Below, one piece after another: positions 57,278 to 57,945 of a stretch of 57,945 nt of DNA. Numbering within the stretch: position 1 is the stretch's first letter; each line of letters starts with the position of its first letter. A program made the translations under genes and the position numbers. A model generated the notes under the pieces. That model was not told where the DNA came from. It ran no database searches and worked only from the letters and a program-made list of their open reading frames with translations. Location of the stretch: IMG/VR virus record IMGVR_UViG_3300006128_000010, one strand, 5' to 3'. The DNA is from an uncultured virus (IMG/VR IMGVR_UViG_3300006128_000010) (lineage: Duplodnaviria > Heunggongvirae > Uroviricota > Caudoviricetes).

Positions 57278-57451
57278 ATGTTTGAAGACCAAAACTTACA
57301 AAATACCACTACAGAAAACCTTATAATTGTAGTGGGAGTTATGGTCCTATTTTTAACAGGATTAATTTTTATTGTAGGACCGTTTTATATAATATACAAA
57401 ATGATAGATTTTTGTTGCAATAAAACAAATAATCACTTTAAAAATATATAA
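57278..57451 (+). CDS. Small membrane protein, 57 aa (not in ORF track)
   Basis: MFEDQNLQNTTTENLIIVVGVMVLFLTGLIFIVGPFYIIYKMIDFCCNKTNNHFKNI. GGAG SD and promoter TTGACA(57224)-N16-TATTAT. Confidence 0.7.
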   Translation: MFEDQNLQNTTTENLIIVVGVMVLFLTGLIFIVGPFYIIYKMIDFCCNKTNNHFKNI

Positions 57452-57452
57452 T

Positions 57453-57944
57453 TTATATTAATGTTGAACTACTTTTACTAATAGAACTAGTAACAGCACT
57501 AGTCTGTGTTTTAGTTGCATCTGTCAAATCAGTTAATTTAACGATCATTTCCTGTAATAGTGATATTGTATTAGAACTAGCTATTTTTTGATTCTCATAA
57601 TATTGAAATAATTTTTTATTATTAGACTCGATATCTTCTAGCATCATCGACTTACTATCTTCATTCGTAGCAGTAGTAGTTTTTTCTTGTTTTTCAGGAG
57701 GATTTAATAATTTAGATATATTACTAGATAATGATTTTCTCTCATTTAACATATCAAAAACATTATTTTCATTTCTTGCATCTGCACCCGGAAATCTACC
57801 TCCTATGTTAAATGTTTTAATAGTAGGTTCAGGTGCTGGCGGTATATTTGTTACCTTTGGTTTTTCAACTGGTTTTGGTTCCAATTCTTTTATTGGTTTA
57901 GATACTATTGGTTTTGGTTCAGGTGCTGGCGGTATATTTGTTAC
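57453..57944 (-). CDS. C-terminal part of a larger protein with Pro/Lys-rich repeats (possibly tape-measure/baseplate hub-like)
   Basis: Frame is open to the window end; VTNIPPAPEP repeat and a helical C-terminus. Confidence 0.6.
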   Translation of the reverse strand, partial: VTNIPPAPEPKPIVSKPIKELEPKPVEKPKVTNIPPAPEPTIKTFNIGGRFPGADARNENNVFDMLNERKSLSSNISKLLNPPEKQEKTTTATNEDSKSMMLEDIESNNKKLFQYYENQKIASSNTISLLQEMIVKLTDLTDATKTQTSAVTSSISKSSSTLI

Positions 57945-57945
57945 C
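57826..57945. repeat. 30-bp identical direct repeat with 90-bp period (coding)
   Basis: GGTTCAGGTGCTGGCGGTATATTTGTTACC at 57826-57855 and 57916-57945. Confidence 0.9.

Noticed and set aside
57826..57945. 30-bp repeat with a 60-bp spacer at the window end as a CRISPR array or att site
   Set aside because: It is in frame and encodes VTNIPPAPEP within a Pro/Lys-rich linker; only two copies are visible.

Overview
A 58-kb segment of an AT-rich, T4-related jumbo myophage genome in the standard genetic code. Its gene set resembles the Atu_ph07/XacN1/RAK2-type large phages, and the likely host is an alphaproteobacterium (Hyphomicrobiales). Virion genes: portal, acidic core protein, prohead protease, scaffold and major capsid protein (47.4-56.9 kb), neck gp13/gp14, tail terminator gp15, a ~1360-aa tail sheath, a tail tube and a tube paralog, and fibre proteins. 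Most are preceded by T4-late-like (T/C/G/A)ATAAATA or NTAAATA boxes, while accessory genes carry TTGACA-N16/17-(TGC)TA sigma70-type promoters. Inserted among the virion genes are: (i) a 17.5-kb glycan cluster with Gmd, three tandem glycosyltransferases of families best known from fungi (GT71/Mnn2, GT69/Cap59, GT34/Mnn10), RfbH/DdhC, a YerE-like ThDP enzyme, a DJ-1 protein, LldD, an aldolase, RmlB, two GT92-like enzymes, a GT4 and two FkbM methyltransferases; (ii) two tandem OprB/MnoP-type porins; (iii) a fadA-fadJ-nagZ operon; (iv) three paralogous free-standing Hef/Vsr-like endonuclease genes, one of them frameshifted; (v) Pth2, a truncated class II nucleotidyltransferase with an altered template motif, and a dNMP kinase. 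Reading the sequence also showed a T4-style start-codon-sequestering hairpin at gp13, a palindromic bidirectional late promoter, and two unannotated paralogous small membrane proteins. No tRNA, rRNA or CRISPR array was seen. All family assignments come from motif recognition, not database searches.
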